Positions 23,801 through 36,800 of a DNA stretch of 64,000 nucleotides are shown here, in pieces. Below the pieces are notes generated by a model. It saw only the letters and a program-made list of their open reading frames with translations, was not told where the DNA came from and did no database searches. How positions within the stretch are numbered: the stretch's first letter is position 1; each line of letters starts with the position of its first letter. Source of the DNA: Diplonema japonicum (lineage: Eukaryota > Protista > Euglenozoa: Diplonemea). The stretch spans positions 1-64,000 of the forward strand of contig OZ025675.1 of NCBI GenBank assembly GCA_964019335.1, in the 5' to 3' direction. The position numbers were made by a program, and so were the translations under genes.

Positions 23801-26800
23801 GGTGCCTGCGTGTCTGGAGCAAGAGTTTGAGGGGACTCCGTGTCAGGTGCCTGAGTTAGAGGAGGTTGTGTATCCGGGGCTGGAGTTTCTGGTGCTTGAG
23901 TATCAGGTGCCTGCGTGTCTGGAGCAAGAGTTGGAGGAGACTGCGTATCCGGAGGAGGAGTATCAGGTGCTTGTGTGTCTGGAACAGGTGTCAGAGGGGA
24001 CTGTGTATCCGGAGATAACGTGTTTGGCACTGTTTTTGTTTTTCGTTCTTAGTTACCTCACCAAACCAAACAGCAAACATTGGAATTAAAATGAAAGCTA
24101 AAATAGGTGGGTCAGTTATTCTTTTTCTCTCATCTCCACTACAGATTAGGGTTTTCCATCTACGCAGGTGCTTTGGTCTCTCTTATCGCCTACCCCGCCG
24201 ATCCTCAGGAAGTGGCCTATTCCCACGTCACAAAGAGCTGGCCACGGGCTTTCCAGTTGTCAATAGCCTTTGTCCTGTGCAAATGGTCAGCAGAGACGAG
24301 CTTGCGCACAATGGCCTTTGATACTTGGTTGACCTTTGCCCTTCATATACATTATGTCGAGACAGTACTCCGTGCACTTGTTTAATTAAAATACCAAAAA
24401 GCATGGGGAAAAGCATTTAGAACTTGGTAAGACTAGAGACAAGGTACAGGCCATGATTCATATTAATAAAGTAGAAAAGCCGAACATACCTAGCGTGTCT
24501 GGTGCTGTCGTGTCAGGTGCTGTCGTATCAGGTGCAGTAGTGTCAGGTGCAAGTGTGTCAGGTGCAGTAGTGTCAGGCGCAGTAGTGTCAGGTGCTGTCG
24601 TATCAGGTGCAAGTGTGTCAGGTGCAGTAGTGTCAGGTGCAGTAGTGTCAGGTGCTGTAGTGTCAGGTGCAGTAGTGTCAGGTGCAGTAGTGTCAGGTGC
24701 AGTCGTGTCAGGTGCAGTAGTGTCAGGCGCAGTAGTGTCAGGTGCTGTCGTATCAGGTGCAAGTGTGTCAGGTGCAGTCGTTTCAGGTGCAGTAGTGTCA
24801 GGTGCAGTAGTGTCAGGTGCTGTAGTGTCAGGTGCTGTTGTATCAGGTGCAGTCGTGTCAGGTGCTGTCGTATCAGGTGCGGGTGTGTCAGGTGCTGTCG
24901 TATCAGGTGCAGTAGTGTCGGGTGCAGTCGTATCAGGTGCGGGTGTGTCAGGTGCAGTAGTGTCAGGTGCAGTCGTGTCAGGTGCTGTCGTATCAGGTGC
25001 AGTAGTGTCAGGTGCAGTAGTGTCAGGTGCTGTCGTATCAGGTGCAGTAGTGTCAGGTGCTGTTGTATCAGGTGCAGTCGTGTCAGGTGCAGTAGTGTCA
25101 GGTGCTGTCGTATCAGGTGCGGGTGTGTCAGGTGCTGTCGTATCAGGTGCAGTCGTATCAGGTGCGGGTGTGTCAGGTGCAGTAGTGTCAGGTGCTGTTG
25201 TATCAGGTGCAGTCGTGTCAGGTGCTGTCGTATCAGGTGCAAGTGTGTCAGGTGCAGTCGTTTCAGGTGCAGTAGTGTCAGGTGCAGTAGTGTCAGGTGC
25301 TGTAGTGTCAGGTGCTGTTGTATCAGGTGCAGTCGTGTCAGGTGCTGTCGTATCAGGTGCGGGTGTGTCAGGTGCTGTCGTATCAGGTGCAGTAGTGTCG
25401 GGTGCAGTCGTATCAGGTGCGGGTGTGTCAGGTGCAGTAGTGTCAGGTGCAGTCGTGTCAGGTGCTGTCGTATCAGGTGCAGTAGTGTCAGGTGCAGTAG
25501 TGTCAGGTGCTGTCGTATCAGGTGCAGTAGTGTCAGGTGCTGTTGTATCAGGTGCAGTCGTGTCAGGTGCAGTAGTGTCAGGTGCTGTCGTATCAGGTGC
25601 GGGTGTGTCAGGTGCTGTCGTATCAGGTGCAGTCGTATCAGGTGCGGGTGTGTCAGGTGCAGTAGTGTCAGGTGCTGTTGTATCAGGTGCAGTCGTGTCA
25701 GGTGCTGTCGTATCAGGTGCAAGTGTGTCAGGTGCTGTCGTGTCAGGTGCAGGTGTGTCAGGTGCAGTCGTGTCAGGTGCGGGTGTGTCAGGTGCTGTCG
25801 TATCAGGTGCAGTCGTGTCAGGTGCGAGTGTGTCAGGTGCAGGTGTATCGGGTGCAGAGGTATCAGGGGCAGTCGTTGAGGCTGCGCCACAAGTTGTGAA
25901 CGAGCCACTTAAAAGTATGTACTGACCATATGAAGTGGGACGATAACACACCTTGTACGTTGTAGCACCTGCTAAAGAGGATAAAGTACCCGAACTCCAC
26001 TCTGTAGCAGTCCCGACCACCAGAAGTGACCCCACTGAAGTAGAGCAAGCACTAAGCCCAGAGCACTGTGTTTCAGCGTTGGTGCAATCTGTTGCAGAAG
26101 AGGGGACGATAGCCACACGGTCCGTAGTCGCAAGGGTGTCCGAACCGGGATAGAAGTGAAAGACAGGGGCATCGGTGCCAGGACGGGGGCACGAAGGATT
26201 TACATCAAAAGCAGGGTCACGCCTCTCGCAAGGAAGGAGGATAGAGTCAACAAAGCAACCGGTAGAAGTACCCAGGGTGGACAGTGTGACGGAACCAATA
26301 CTGCCAAAGCCAGATGGAATGGCAGCGGTGATGCCCGTTGCAGTGTTGTCGATGCTGACAGACAGTGTGTTGGCAGACCAGTCGAGAGCAAGTTCCACGT
26401 GGTGCCAGGTATCTGTTGACACAGAACCGAAGAACTGGATCGCAGTGTCATCTGTACGCACAACAAATGAAGTCCCGATAGCGATCCAGAATTCGATGGT
26501 TTTGCCATCGCCTACCAGTGTCATTTTAAGCTGCGAATTCTCGGAACCGACCCTGCCGTAATAACTGCATGACGTCGGTTTGATACCGCCTGCTGGGATG
26601 CTGTAGATGAACCCGTACATGGTCCATGTGAAGGACCCAGCGCCCTCCCTTTTAGTGGCCGTAGTGACTTCGAAGACAGTCGAGCTTACATCAGAAGTGC
26701 TGTCAAATGGTACATCGAGACCGGAGGTACACTCGCCAGGGATGGAAAATGATGTCTCTTCTGGGGAGTACGACGGAGTGAGGCCACTCGTGAACATGCT

Positions 26801-28864
26801 CCCAGTGAAGGTCATGCTGACGGTTTCCGAGCCAAGGATGCTGAAGGTTGGTGCAGGGTTGAGAGGGCCAATGGTAAGCACGGCACCTGAGATTGTCATC
26901 TTCGAAGTGTCCAGCATCGTCGATTCCAGCGCATTCCAACCAGTCGTAGAAGGGAAATCTGCAACCATGATATCAAGAATCGCCTGCTTGTTAGCCGTAG
27001 TGTCAACCCACTCATCGTAATCGCCCACTAACGTGAGGGTCAGTGTTGCACCACCAGCACGAAGAGTGTCCTGAGTGATGCCCTCCACCAATGGACCAGA
27101 GGGCACCACATAGCTCGTGCACCACAAATGGAACTCGTCGTAATAACCAGTCTTAAAGAAGACGGCGTAGTTCAACCCAGTGGGGCACGTTGATCGAAAG
27201 GCGATTCCTGTCGCCTCTTGCTTTCCGTCAACAAGCAAGTCTAACGTCTGTGCTGCCCAGTCGACACGCAGGTCAAAGAAGTAGTACTGCTTTAAGTTGC
27301 TTGACGTGCCGATTCCATTGAAATTCACGTGCCACGCCCCGTTGTTGATCCCTACAATGAAACAGGTGTTTCCTGAGGTAGTGTCGTAGAAGTATATGTT
27401 GGGCGAAGATGTTGGGTCATCGAACCGTGACATGTACCACGTGATACGCTTCGTCATGCTCTTGTCTAGAAGCGTGAGCTGCCCCTGACCAGCAGCAGAT
27501 GCGTCAGCGGTGTCGCCTACTCTGAGCGACGCGCCGCCCTTCGCAGAAAACGACACGTCTATAGCAGCGGAGTTCAAGGCGTTCACGGATCCAGTATCCT
27601 CATCGAAAGAGAATAAGTAATTCTGGGGGCAATTCGCAAAGCCAAGACACTCAAGCCCTCCGTACGCCCCGTTGCAGGTGCATGGAGCAAGCGGATTGGT
27701 GACGCATGTCCCTCGCCCCGAGCAGACCTTTGGGTCGTTGGAGGCCACGCCAAAGCAGACAGCGGTTGACGATGCGACAGTGACGTCGATAGAGCACGTC
27801 ACGCTGGTACCGTCGCTGCCCGTAAAGGTAGTGCCAATGGTGTAGTCATTGCCAGCCTCGCTAGCAGTCGGGGTGAACGTTGCTTGTGCATTCCCAACCT
27901 GTCCAATGTTGGTACCCGAAGCCTTTGAGTACGACATAGTGGCAACCGGGGCTGTGGTCACAGCGTAAGTCACTGTAACTGTCTTCCCCGACGCGAAGAT
28001 TGAGTTGAATTCCGTGAGGTATCCTACCGAGTGGGGGATGACATGCCGTGTGGTCGACGTGCGGGATGACCTGCAGATAGGCGCATCGTAGTTATCAGAG
28101 CAGGTGTTGTACATGAAGTGTACAGTGTCGATGTCGCCGTCGGAGAGGCCGGTTCGCTGCCCGATAGGGACAGGGGACACAATGGTGGGAAGATTGCCAA
28201 TCGCAAAACCGTTGGCCCCATAGTGCATGATGCTTCCATAGTCATACGACCCGATATCCCTACCGTTGGCTCCGATCTTGTCGAAGTTGTGTTCCATCCC
28301 CATCTCGATCTGCGTCGTGTCGACGTACACGAAGCTGTCTCGGTCATTCCGCGCCTGCTCGTGCGACAGACCGACACTGTGCCCGATCTCATGGATCACT
28401 GCACCCAGCCCGCAGAACTGTTGTAAGTTAATCTGGTTGATACCAGAAAAGCTCTTGCCTACTGGTGAGTTGCATGCACTAACATCGGAAATGAAGTACA
28501 GGTAAGGTATTGCGCAGCTTGCCTTCGTTGTGCACCTTGTGAACCGAAGGCACGTGTGTGTTTCCCAGTGTGCAATTGCTGCCGCTATCCTGCTATCGTC
28601 GGCAGTCAAGAAATACGGCGCCGGGTTCCCTGCGTTCGACTCACTCGTCTCGATGAAGTAGTTGAGCTTGCCTTGCGGCCACAGGAACGAGGTGCTTGTA
28701 AACCACGTCGCCCCTAGCGTCTGCACCGTCCGTGCGCCCTCGTCATACACCTCTTGAATGTCACTGTGCACTATCCGGTACTTATAGTGCATCCCCTCAG
28801 TCAGGTCCTGCCCGGTAACCGCTGACAAGCATACTAGCAGCCCAACTGCTGCTGACACCCTCAT
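17660..28864 (-). CDS. 9-exon type I membrane astacin (M12A) metalloprotease: signal, astacin, EGF-like, ConA/LamG-like regions, ~1700-aa TxAPD mucin stalk, TM, WKEVVV tail (2750 aa)
   Basis: HEIGHSVGLSHEQ and Met-turn SIMHY. Exons: 24490-28864, 21921-24029, 21217-21591, 21059-21181, 20841-21023, 20698-20805, 20382-20666, 19777-20298, 17660-17832. All 8 introns are phase 1, all internal exons are multiples of 3, and the total is 8253 nt. Confidence 0.85.
17862..19155 (-). mobile_element. Internally deleted piggyBac with both TIRs and TTAA TSDs
   Basis: TTAA|CCATCTACCAACG (from 17866) ... CGTTGGTAGATGG|TTAA (to 19151). Acidic N-terminal remnant MSDGSTDG at ~18905, plus ILGNLCF and WHDIKPVRFLST. 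Confidence 0.92.
19176..19474. mobile_element. Long form of the dispersed hairpin element with a 218-bp internal module bounded by 16-bp direct repeats
   Basis: AAAAAGAGTCGG...CTACTCTTTTTT ends. TTGTTTGTGCAAGCCG at 19192-19207 and 19410-19425. The insert encodes a frameshifted Cys/His cluster. Confidence 0.65.
20667..21216 (-). other. Four tandemly duplicated micro-introns (21182-21216, 21024-21058, 20806-20840: 35 nt; 20667-20697: 31 nt)
   Basis: Each reads GTATTGCAATTTGAAAGATTA(A/G)GC[CAAC]AACACAG and has an in-frame TGA if unspliced. Removing them restores the PDT repeat frame. Confidence 0.9.
24735..25735 (-). repeat. 15-nt (PDTTA) minisatellite with a perfect 480-nt higher-order duplication
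   Basis: 24735-25255 is identical to 25215-25735, including the variant PETTA unit. Confidence 0.9.
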
Positions 28865-29534
28865 CTTCCTCCGCTGTTGAAAGATGCTGAATAAACAAAA
28901 AAGAGGAAAATGAAAGAGGCTCAGTTCTTGTGTTCACGTAATGAAAGAAAACTTGAAAATTATCAGGATAGGGGGGTGCTCGCTTCAAGAAAAAAAAGCC
29001 CTCAGGTGGATAGGGGTGCAACAAAAGATAAAGAAGAAGAAGAACCTTTAACCGTGCCAAAATGCAAATTAGATAATTTAACAAACTTCCTATAAACCAT
29101 GTCGGCTAAAGTTTGTGCGTGCCACCAGCATATGAGCTGTGCAGGCTCCGTGGTGGCTCCTCTAAAAACGGTGGCGTGTAAAAAAAAAGTGAGAGACATA
29201 AAAAAAAGGGGTGCACAGCGTTTCTCCCAGGTGGCGTGTAGCCAACGACTTTCTTTATGGACAACACACCTCGGTGTGGCAGCGTTACTGAAGGGCCCTG
29301 AGGCGCTAACCCTTTAGCAGCAACTATGACATTAAAAGGGTCTCATGATCACGACTACTGCTGGGAGTGCAATGGCCGGCCAACACCTGCATAAACTGCC
29401 CCCTTTAGTAGGACAGAGGGGGGTAAGAAACAAACGAAAAAGAAAAACTCACAATAATCTGAGTGAATGTCGAAAAATGGGAACCTTTCACCACATGTGA
29501 GAAGAGAGATCTAACAATCTTCTTCCTACCACCA

Positions 29535-30329
29535 TCACAGTCGCAGTCGGGAAAGTGCTTCATCAAGAACTTCCACACAAACGCTGTGCCCGGACCTCGT
29601 AGCCGAGCAAACGGCCTTGCTGATCTCATCTTCCGAATGTCGATGAGATAAGAGCAGACGGAGACACTCCACATGCCCGTTCCTCGCTGCACAACATAGA
29701 GGTGAACCATGTTTCGTATCAATGAAGTTACGCTGCTCAGAATCTTCGTCGAAACCGGGGTTAAGGAGGGAGAGGAGATGCGACACGCACTGTGTATTCC
29801 CTTTTCGGCAGGCGTGAAATAAAGCAAAGGAGACATCAAGACTGCTCAGGAAGTTCTCAGATAGGTATCGCATACAACTATCGAAGCCGAGCATCGAAGC
29901 GTAACAGAAAACAGAGCTTAGTACTGGCATGTTGTCGCACTTCCCCACGCACCTCATGTCTACAAGTGCAGTGTAGTACTTACGATCATGGCGGAGTGCG
30001 CAGTCTCGGTGATTTTCCTTCGCGCAGTGTTGCATGTCCCACAGCACGTTTGTCTCGTCCTTCCCTGCGTACCCAGCGTCCTCTAGCCGCATCAGAGCTT
30101 TCTCCTTCTCAGCCACAACCACAACAATCCCAGACTGGTCTTGCAATGGGTAATCCCACACTGCCTTCCCTTCCTCCATTGCTTCTCCTTCAAACTCTAA
30201 CATGAAGTTACTACTAACAAGCCCGCCCTCCTTCGCCACCAGACCTTTCAGCATATCCACACTGGCACTGCCTTCTAGCTCTACCGTCAGTGTCTGACCA
30301 AGTGCCGACACTTGCAATGTTAACGCCAT
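29535..30329 (-). CDS. Ubiquitin-like domain + ankyrin repeat protein
   Basis: N-terminal Ubl-like LQV..LGQTLTVEL...VDMLK...LEFEG. Ankyrin motifs ALFHACRKGN, SPLCCAARNGHVECLRLLL and ATRSGH. Confidence 0.85.
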   Translation of the reverse strand: MALTLQVSALGQTLTVELEGSASVDMLKGLVAKEGGLVSSNFMLEFEGEAMEEGKAVWDYPLQDQSGIVVVVAEKEKALMRLEDAGYAGKDETNVLWDMQHCAKENHRDCALRHDRKYYTALVDMRCVGKCDNMPVLSSVFCYASMLGFDSCMRYLSENFLSSLDVSFALFHACRKGNTQCVSHLLSLLNPGFDEDSEQRNFIDTKHGSPLCCAARNGHVECLRLLLSHRHSEDEISKAVCSATRSGHSVCVEVLDEALSRLRL

Positions 30330-31575
30330 GGCTTGGGTATGTTCTTTCAGAAGCCTCAGAAAGATATGTGAACAGGTTTGTGTTCCGATACCTGTAGATC
30401 ATTGCATCCAAAACACGAGCTAAAAGAGAGTCAAACAGAGAAGATTAATAAGCACAGCTGGCAACAGGTGCTGAAAGAAAGGGGTGGACACCACGAACGC
30501 GGTGCCAAGATCGTTTTGAGGGAACACGCGTTCTTCCAAGAAACACGTGAAAACCGTACTGCACGGCTGCACGGCTGAGGGGTATCTTCTGCTGTACCGT
30601 AACAAAGGTCCTCATCTTGGACATCACTTGTTGTCTCCCTGCACTTAAATCAAGATCTGTGCAACCACTAACGAAACAGTAAGTACCATAGCAAACACCA
30701 CCTGCATCCATGCTGTGCAGGCAAGCCGAATCTATCACAGATCGTTAAGATATTTTACTACCACTTACCGTGAAGACCCCATTTGCATGTCACCTTTTCA
30801 CAAGCGTTGGACGTCAACACCCACATGACCAGTGACCAGTGCTCTGCATGGTTTGTTGTATCCCTTGATATGGACTGGGTAGAGAAAAAGAATATATATA
30901 AAGGAAAGACGGAACTTAACACTTAAATGGCTTGCGCTGCTTGCGGCTTGTCCTGCTTCCAGCTTTGGGTAAGTTTCTCTTGTGGCACCTGTGTGAGGTA
31001 CCGTGGCTGATGGGGCCGTAATCAAGACCTTATAAGTCCTGTAAAAGAAAAAATGAAACAACAAAAAGTGTTTTCTTCCGTGAGGCTCCACAGCGGATGT
31101 GTCCGAATCATAAAGAAAACCTCTTCGGTGGCCTGTGGCAGGAGCTTGTGTTCGCCAGCTACCCCGAGAAGAAATCAGTATTCCTTTAACTGCAGAACGG
31201 ACGGTTTTTGCGTTCGGGGCTTGTCATTCGTTTGACATTTGTCCGTTAGCATCTGCAGAACTTCATTCAAACACTGGAAAAGAGGAAAAGATGGCAAAGA
31301 GGATATTCATAAAGTATAAGGGCCACATCGTCCATGTTGAGGATGCACAAATGAGATAAGGGGAAGGGAATGACAAGAAACATTATAAGTGTATCTTCAC
31401 ACTTCTGAGCGATTGCCTCGCCTCGGGACTCGAAATTCTCCAGAGACGAGCCACCGCAAGGCAAGGTTAAATGTCCTAAAAAGACCTCTTCCAAATGATT
31501 GTTCAACAAAAAAGTGGACGAGAAATGAAAACGTGCTGGGAAAACTTAAAAAAGATGCTGCTAACGAAAAACGCA

Positions 31576-32678
31576 CTACTGAATGGTGTCATCTTCCTGC
31601 TTACACTGCTCCTCCAATACTGGTGCTTGGTATTCTAAAACCTCAGGCTGGGCAGGATCCTGTTGAAGAACCTGCTGCTGCTGAGGGACCTGCTGTTGTA
31701 GAAGGACTTGCTGCTGCTGAGGAACCTGCTGCTGAGGGAGCTGCTGTTGTAGAAGGACCTGCTGCTGCTGAGGAACCTGCTGCTGAGGGACCTGCTGTTG
31801 TAGATGGGCCTGCTGCTGCTGCTGCTGAGGGACCTGCTGCTGGGGAATCTGCTGTTGTAGAAGGACCTGCTGCTGAGGGACCTGCTGTTGCTGAAGAACC
31901 TGCTGAGGGATCTGCTGCATGACCTGCTGCTGAACAGACTGAGGAACCAGCTGTTGAGATTGAGCAGGGGTAACGTACATCTGCTGACCGGGCTGTTGGT
32001 ACACTTGCTGCACGTACTGCGGCTGCTGCTGCTGAGCATACTGTACGGGGGCCAGCTGCGGAGCAGGATGTTGCATGGACTGCATCGGTACCTGCATATA
32101 TCTGCTGTTTGCCTGACCCCCAATCCAGGTCTGGCTTGCCGCTGCAGCTAAGCAGCCAACCAAAACACTGACCACCACCACCAAGGCAAAGGACCAACTG
32201 ATATCGAAATAACTGTCAAGACTGAAAGTGGAACCAAAGCAGCTCACCTGTGTAAGTTATAGACTACGCTGGAACATACCTCACGCTTGAACAACGACAC
32301 CATCAAGATCCATGTGAGGGTTGTAAAGAGGCAGCTCAACCCGTACGACAGATACAGCACCTTCTTGCTGTCACGAGAAACATTGACAATGCTTGAAATC
32401 AAAGCCACGGTGAGAGGCACCATCCCAAAGGCAGCGAGTATTGCCATAGAATAGAGATGCCCACTAATAGCGTCTGGTTCGCAGGATGATGGAATGTCTT
32501 TAACCCTGTCATAAAGGCTGGGGCAGGACGAACCTTGCACCTCGCTCTTTGAGACAGTATAAATCCCGTAATGACACCCTTGGCCTGTCATGAAGCCGTC
32601 CTGAGTAATTGCTACAAAGTACATGACCCACACAAGCAAGGTGCACCCCGCAAGGCTGTGCTTCAAAGTCAGATTCAT
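31576..32678 (-). CDS. Amastin/claudin-like tetraspan membrane protein with Q-rich repeat tail, 2 exons (356 aa)
   Basis: Exons 32280-32678 and 31576-32247, joined by the 32-nt phase-0 intron GTATGT...TTACACAG (32248-32279). Four TM segments, loop-1 cysteines, LTWILMVSLF..C...SWSFALVV, and QQQVPQQQ repeats. Confidence 0.82.
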
Positions 32679-33826
32679 CTTTTAGTTTGTCCAGAAAGAG
32701 ATAAAAAAAAGCCTGTGTAGAATGGCATCGTGCGTATGCTGGTTCTGAAAAAAAAGAAGTATAAAAGAACAGGAAAACTCTAAACCACAAGGCGTCCACA
32801 GCGAAGCGATCACCCAGCTAGTATGGTGCTTCATGAAGAGTCGAACGGTAAAAAAGAATAAGAAACTAACATATGAGTAAAAAGAGGCCGTTTAAAAAAA
32901 AAAGAGGTCGTTTACGACGCTCTCGATGGCTGGGGGATCGCAATGTTTAAAAAAAAAAAAAAAAACCACATTTCTTCTTTTTGCAAGAGCGGGAGCACGC
33001 AGACACCGCTCTTTTCTTTTGTCATTATCCTTCTTTTGCTGATTGATGTTGCTTGATTCACTTTCTTTTTCTTTTTTTCTTTTTCTGATTTTCACATTTG
33101 AAGGAAGCAATCCTTTACGTGACTCGAACGAACGGGGAGGAAAGAAACTGACTATGCGTCACGCGTCCTTATAATGCAAAACTGACGGAAAAGAAAATAA
33201 TTGAAATAAATTATCTCTGCTCCCGTTCAAGAGGCGAAAATGAACAAAAAAGGAAAGTCCGGGGGTGAAAGTTTATCGCCCTCACACCCACTTCGCAGAT
33301 GTCTGGAAGTGGAAAAAAAGAAATAGTAAAAAAAAAAAAAAGCAAAAGGAAACAAGGTTTCCATTCTCTAATAGACAAAAAAAGGGGGGAAGGACCTTAC
33401 ACAATCACCCGAGGGAGAAGAAATACAAAGAAATAGTCCAATTTTACCAATAGAGAAGGAGTAAATTTCAAAAAGTCTTAGCTGCTCGTCTCGATAGGGA
33501 TTCCTTGAGGGGGCAGCCAACGTACCTTTGAGGCTTGCAAACAGAAACGAAGCAGGAACGAACGTAGGGTGGAGGTGAGGATATAGAGTGAGGGTGAAAA
33601 GTGAACAGCTACCTGCTTCCTTAGCTGCTTTATATAAATCTTGCCCAGCTTTCGTAGAGCTACTAATGCTTGATCAGCCTGAGCGTCTCGAGCATCTAGC
33701 TAAACAGAACGCGTGCAAGATACGAATCGCAAAGAAAGAAAAGAAGAAAAAGAAACCTTACAGAGGGCGATCTCACAAAATGCTGAAGGAGATTCGTATC
33801 TCATCCAGGAGCGGCCCAAGCCAGCA

Positions 33827-36800
33827 TCACACCACCACCTCCACCCACGAGGCGGCACCCTGACCTACGAGTCCCAGCACAGCGACCCCTACCATTCCCA
33901 GCACGAGCACAGTCGTAAAAATAGTGCCGCTTAAGATGTATGGCCACAAGTAGTGCTTCACCACCCTCCCACTCGCGTTCTCCTCATATAAGAAAGACCA
34001 CCTGGGGAATCGCGTCTCCACAAACGGTGTCCTCGTCGGGATAGCCGTCGCTCGGGGTCCCCCTGTAGGGCTGCCTGTTGGCTGAGCTGTATCAGTGGGA
34101 ACTGGGGTAGGTATAGGCACAGGTTCCGATGTGCTAAGCCGCGGTGTTTCTGTCTGCTCTGGGGACACGGTCGGCCTGGGTGTTATCGCTACAGTTGGCA
34201 CCGGGGTTGGCAGCGGTGTCGGTGCAAGAGGTGGGAAGGTGGGTGCTGCAGTTGTGGCTGGCCGCATCGTTGGGGGGAACGTTGGAGTTGGTGTAAGAGG
34301 GGCGGATGAACTCGGTGGGGCTGGGGCATTGGTATCAGGTGCGGGAGTAACAGGCGCGGATGTATCAGGTACAGATGTGCCAGGTGTACCTGGTGCGGTC
34401 GTAGGAGGTTCGGGAGTATCAGGTGCAGGAGTAATAGGTATACCTGGTACAGATGTGCCAGGTGTACCTGGTGCGGTCGTAGGAGGTTCGGGAGTATCAG
34501 GTGCAGGAGTAATAGGTATACCTGGTACAGTGGTGTCAGGTGCTGGTGTAAAAGGTGCGGGAGTAGTAGGTGCCGGTGTATCAGGTGCTGGTGTAGAAGG
34601 TGCTGGTGTAGAAGGTGCGGGAGTAATAGGTATACCTGGTACAGTGGTATCAGGAGCGGGTGTATCAGGTGCTGGTGTGTCAGGAGCGGGTGTATCAGGT
34701 GCTGGTGTAGAAGGTGCTGGTGTATCAGGTGCTGTCGTATCAGGTGCTGGTGTAGAAGGTGCTGGTGTAGAAGACGCGGGAGTAATAGGTATACCTGGTA
34801 CAGTGGTACCAGGAGCGGGTGTGTCAGGTGCGATCGTATCAGGTGCTGGTGTATCAGGTGCCAGTGTATCAGGTGCCGGTGTATCAGGTGCTGGTGTATC
34901 AGGTGCTGGTGTATCAGGTGCTGGTGTATCAGGTGCCGGTGTATCAGGTGCTGGTGTATCAGGTGCCGGTGTATCAGGTGCTGGTGTATCAGGTGCTGGT
35001 GTATCAGGTGCCGGTGTATCAGGTGCTGGTGTATCAGGTGCTGGTGTATCAGGTGCTGTCGTATCAGGTGCTGGTGTAGAAGGTGCTGGTGTAGAAGGCG
35101 CGGGAGTAATAGGTATACCTGGTACAGTGGTATCAGGAGCGGGTGTGTCAGGTGCAATCGTATCAGGTGCTGGTGTATCAGGTGCTAGTGTATCAGGTGC
35201 CGGTGTATCAGGTGCTAGTGTATCAGGTGCCGGTGTATCAGGTGCTGGTGTATCAGGTGCTGGTGTAGAAGGTGCTGGTGTAGAAGGCGCGGGAGTAATA
35301 GGTATACCTGGTACAGTGGTATCAGGAGCGGGTGTGTCAGGTGCAATCGTATCAGGTGCTGGTGTATCAGGTGCTAGTGTATCAGGTGCTGGTGTATCAG
35401 GTGCTGTCGTATCAGGTGCTGGTGTATCAGGTGCTGGTGTATCAGGTGCAGGAGTATCGGGTGCAACAGTATCAGGAGCATCTGTTGGAACAGCAGTTGG
35501 CACGGCAGTGGGTGGTGCTACAGTCGGGACTGCCGTTGGCTCCGCAGTTGGAGGAGCATCCGTGACACTGCAAGGCTTGTCTGGGGACAGAAAGTAGTTT
35601 CTCTCGTACTCCCCCATCCGTCTGACCCAGTTGCAAGTCCCTTCGCACCGCGCTGAGCACCTGTCGTTTCCTATGGAGTGGGTGTACGAGGTTTTCCGAT
35701 TGAAGCAGCGGACTAAAGGGTCTGCTTGGATGTGCGTGTAGTATGTGCAGCCTGACCTTGGTGTGGCAATCCCGCACTGGCCGTCAGAGCTTCGGCGTTG
35801 GAAGGCGATGCAGTTAGAGTCCGAATCGCACCTAGCAGAGCAGGACTGGACGCTATAAGGCTTCAGAGAAGTATCTGCTATGTAGCCGTGGATGCAATTC
35901 CCAGGGCCCCTGCACCATCCAGTGTTCCCGTTGGCTGCCACTATTTCAGAATATCCAGATGGAACCTCTGTTGCAAGGGCGAGCTGGACAAACGCAGGGA
36001 GGCCGAAAGAAGCCATGTTATCAGCAGCGCACCGTAGTCTGTAGTCCTCAGCATCAGTTATCGACCACCCCTCAGGCCGCTTCGTGATCATCATACCTGC
36101 GACTCCGCCGACAACAGAAGCCGTGAAGTGCACTTTCGCTTTGATCTCCGCCACGTTGTTTGGCTTCGCCACATTAGTCCTCTGCAGCGCACAGTAAATG
36201 CTAGTTCCTTCAGGGATCCCTGCTGTCTGCACGAAAGTCGGCACGCCACTGTATCCACCGACCTTGGGCCACCTGTCCACAATCTCCATCATTGGAGCAT
36301 CCTTCTTGTACGTAGCCATCCCGTACTCCTCATAACATGACTCGAACGCACACCCTGCTACTTTGTTCACGTTCACCAACGTTGCGCATGCTGAGTACAG
36401 CTCGCACACACGGTCAGTGTGCCGAAAGGTGAATACCACGCACGATGTATCATCGCTGCATTTGCTAGCACAGCAATCGTGGTCTCCCACGGGGGAGGCA
36501 CTAATTTGCGTGCCCCCCGAGCACATCTTGTACCCAAAGGGACGTGCCTGGAAAGTGTACCCTGACACAATGGGTGCCATCCCAGCACGGGAGCACAGCC
36601 ACATATCGTAGTATCTTGTCGCTTTGCGTGTCCCCGGGTCATGATGGATCATGATGCAGTGATGGAAGTACTTATCCGTGGGGTCCTTCTTCATGAAAAC
36701 AAATCCAACGCACAGCACATCCATATCGCAGATGGCCTGGCACTCTTCAGCATTACTGTACGGCCCAAGAGGCACGTCGGGTAGGTTAGGGCGCATGGCA

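Noticed and set aside
24453-25925. + strand 490-aa (SGAVV)n ORF, and the similar ORF at 34095-35597
   Set aside because: Antisense shadows of TxAPD coding repeats.
30430-31510. Coding-like patches, including LNMDDVAL (RT-like)
   Set aside because: No second motif in register, so it cannot be assigned.
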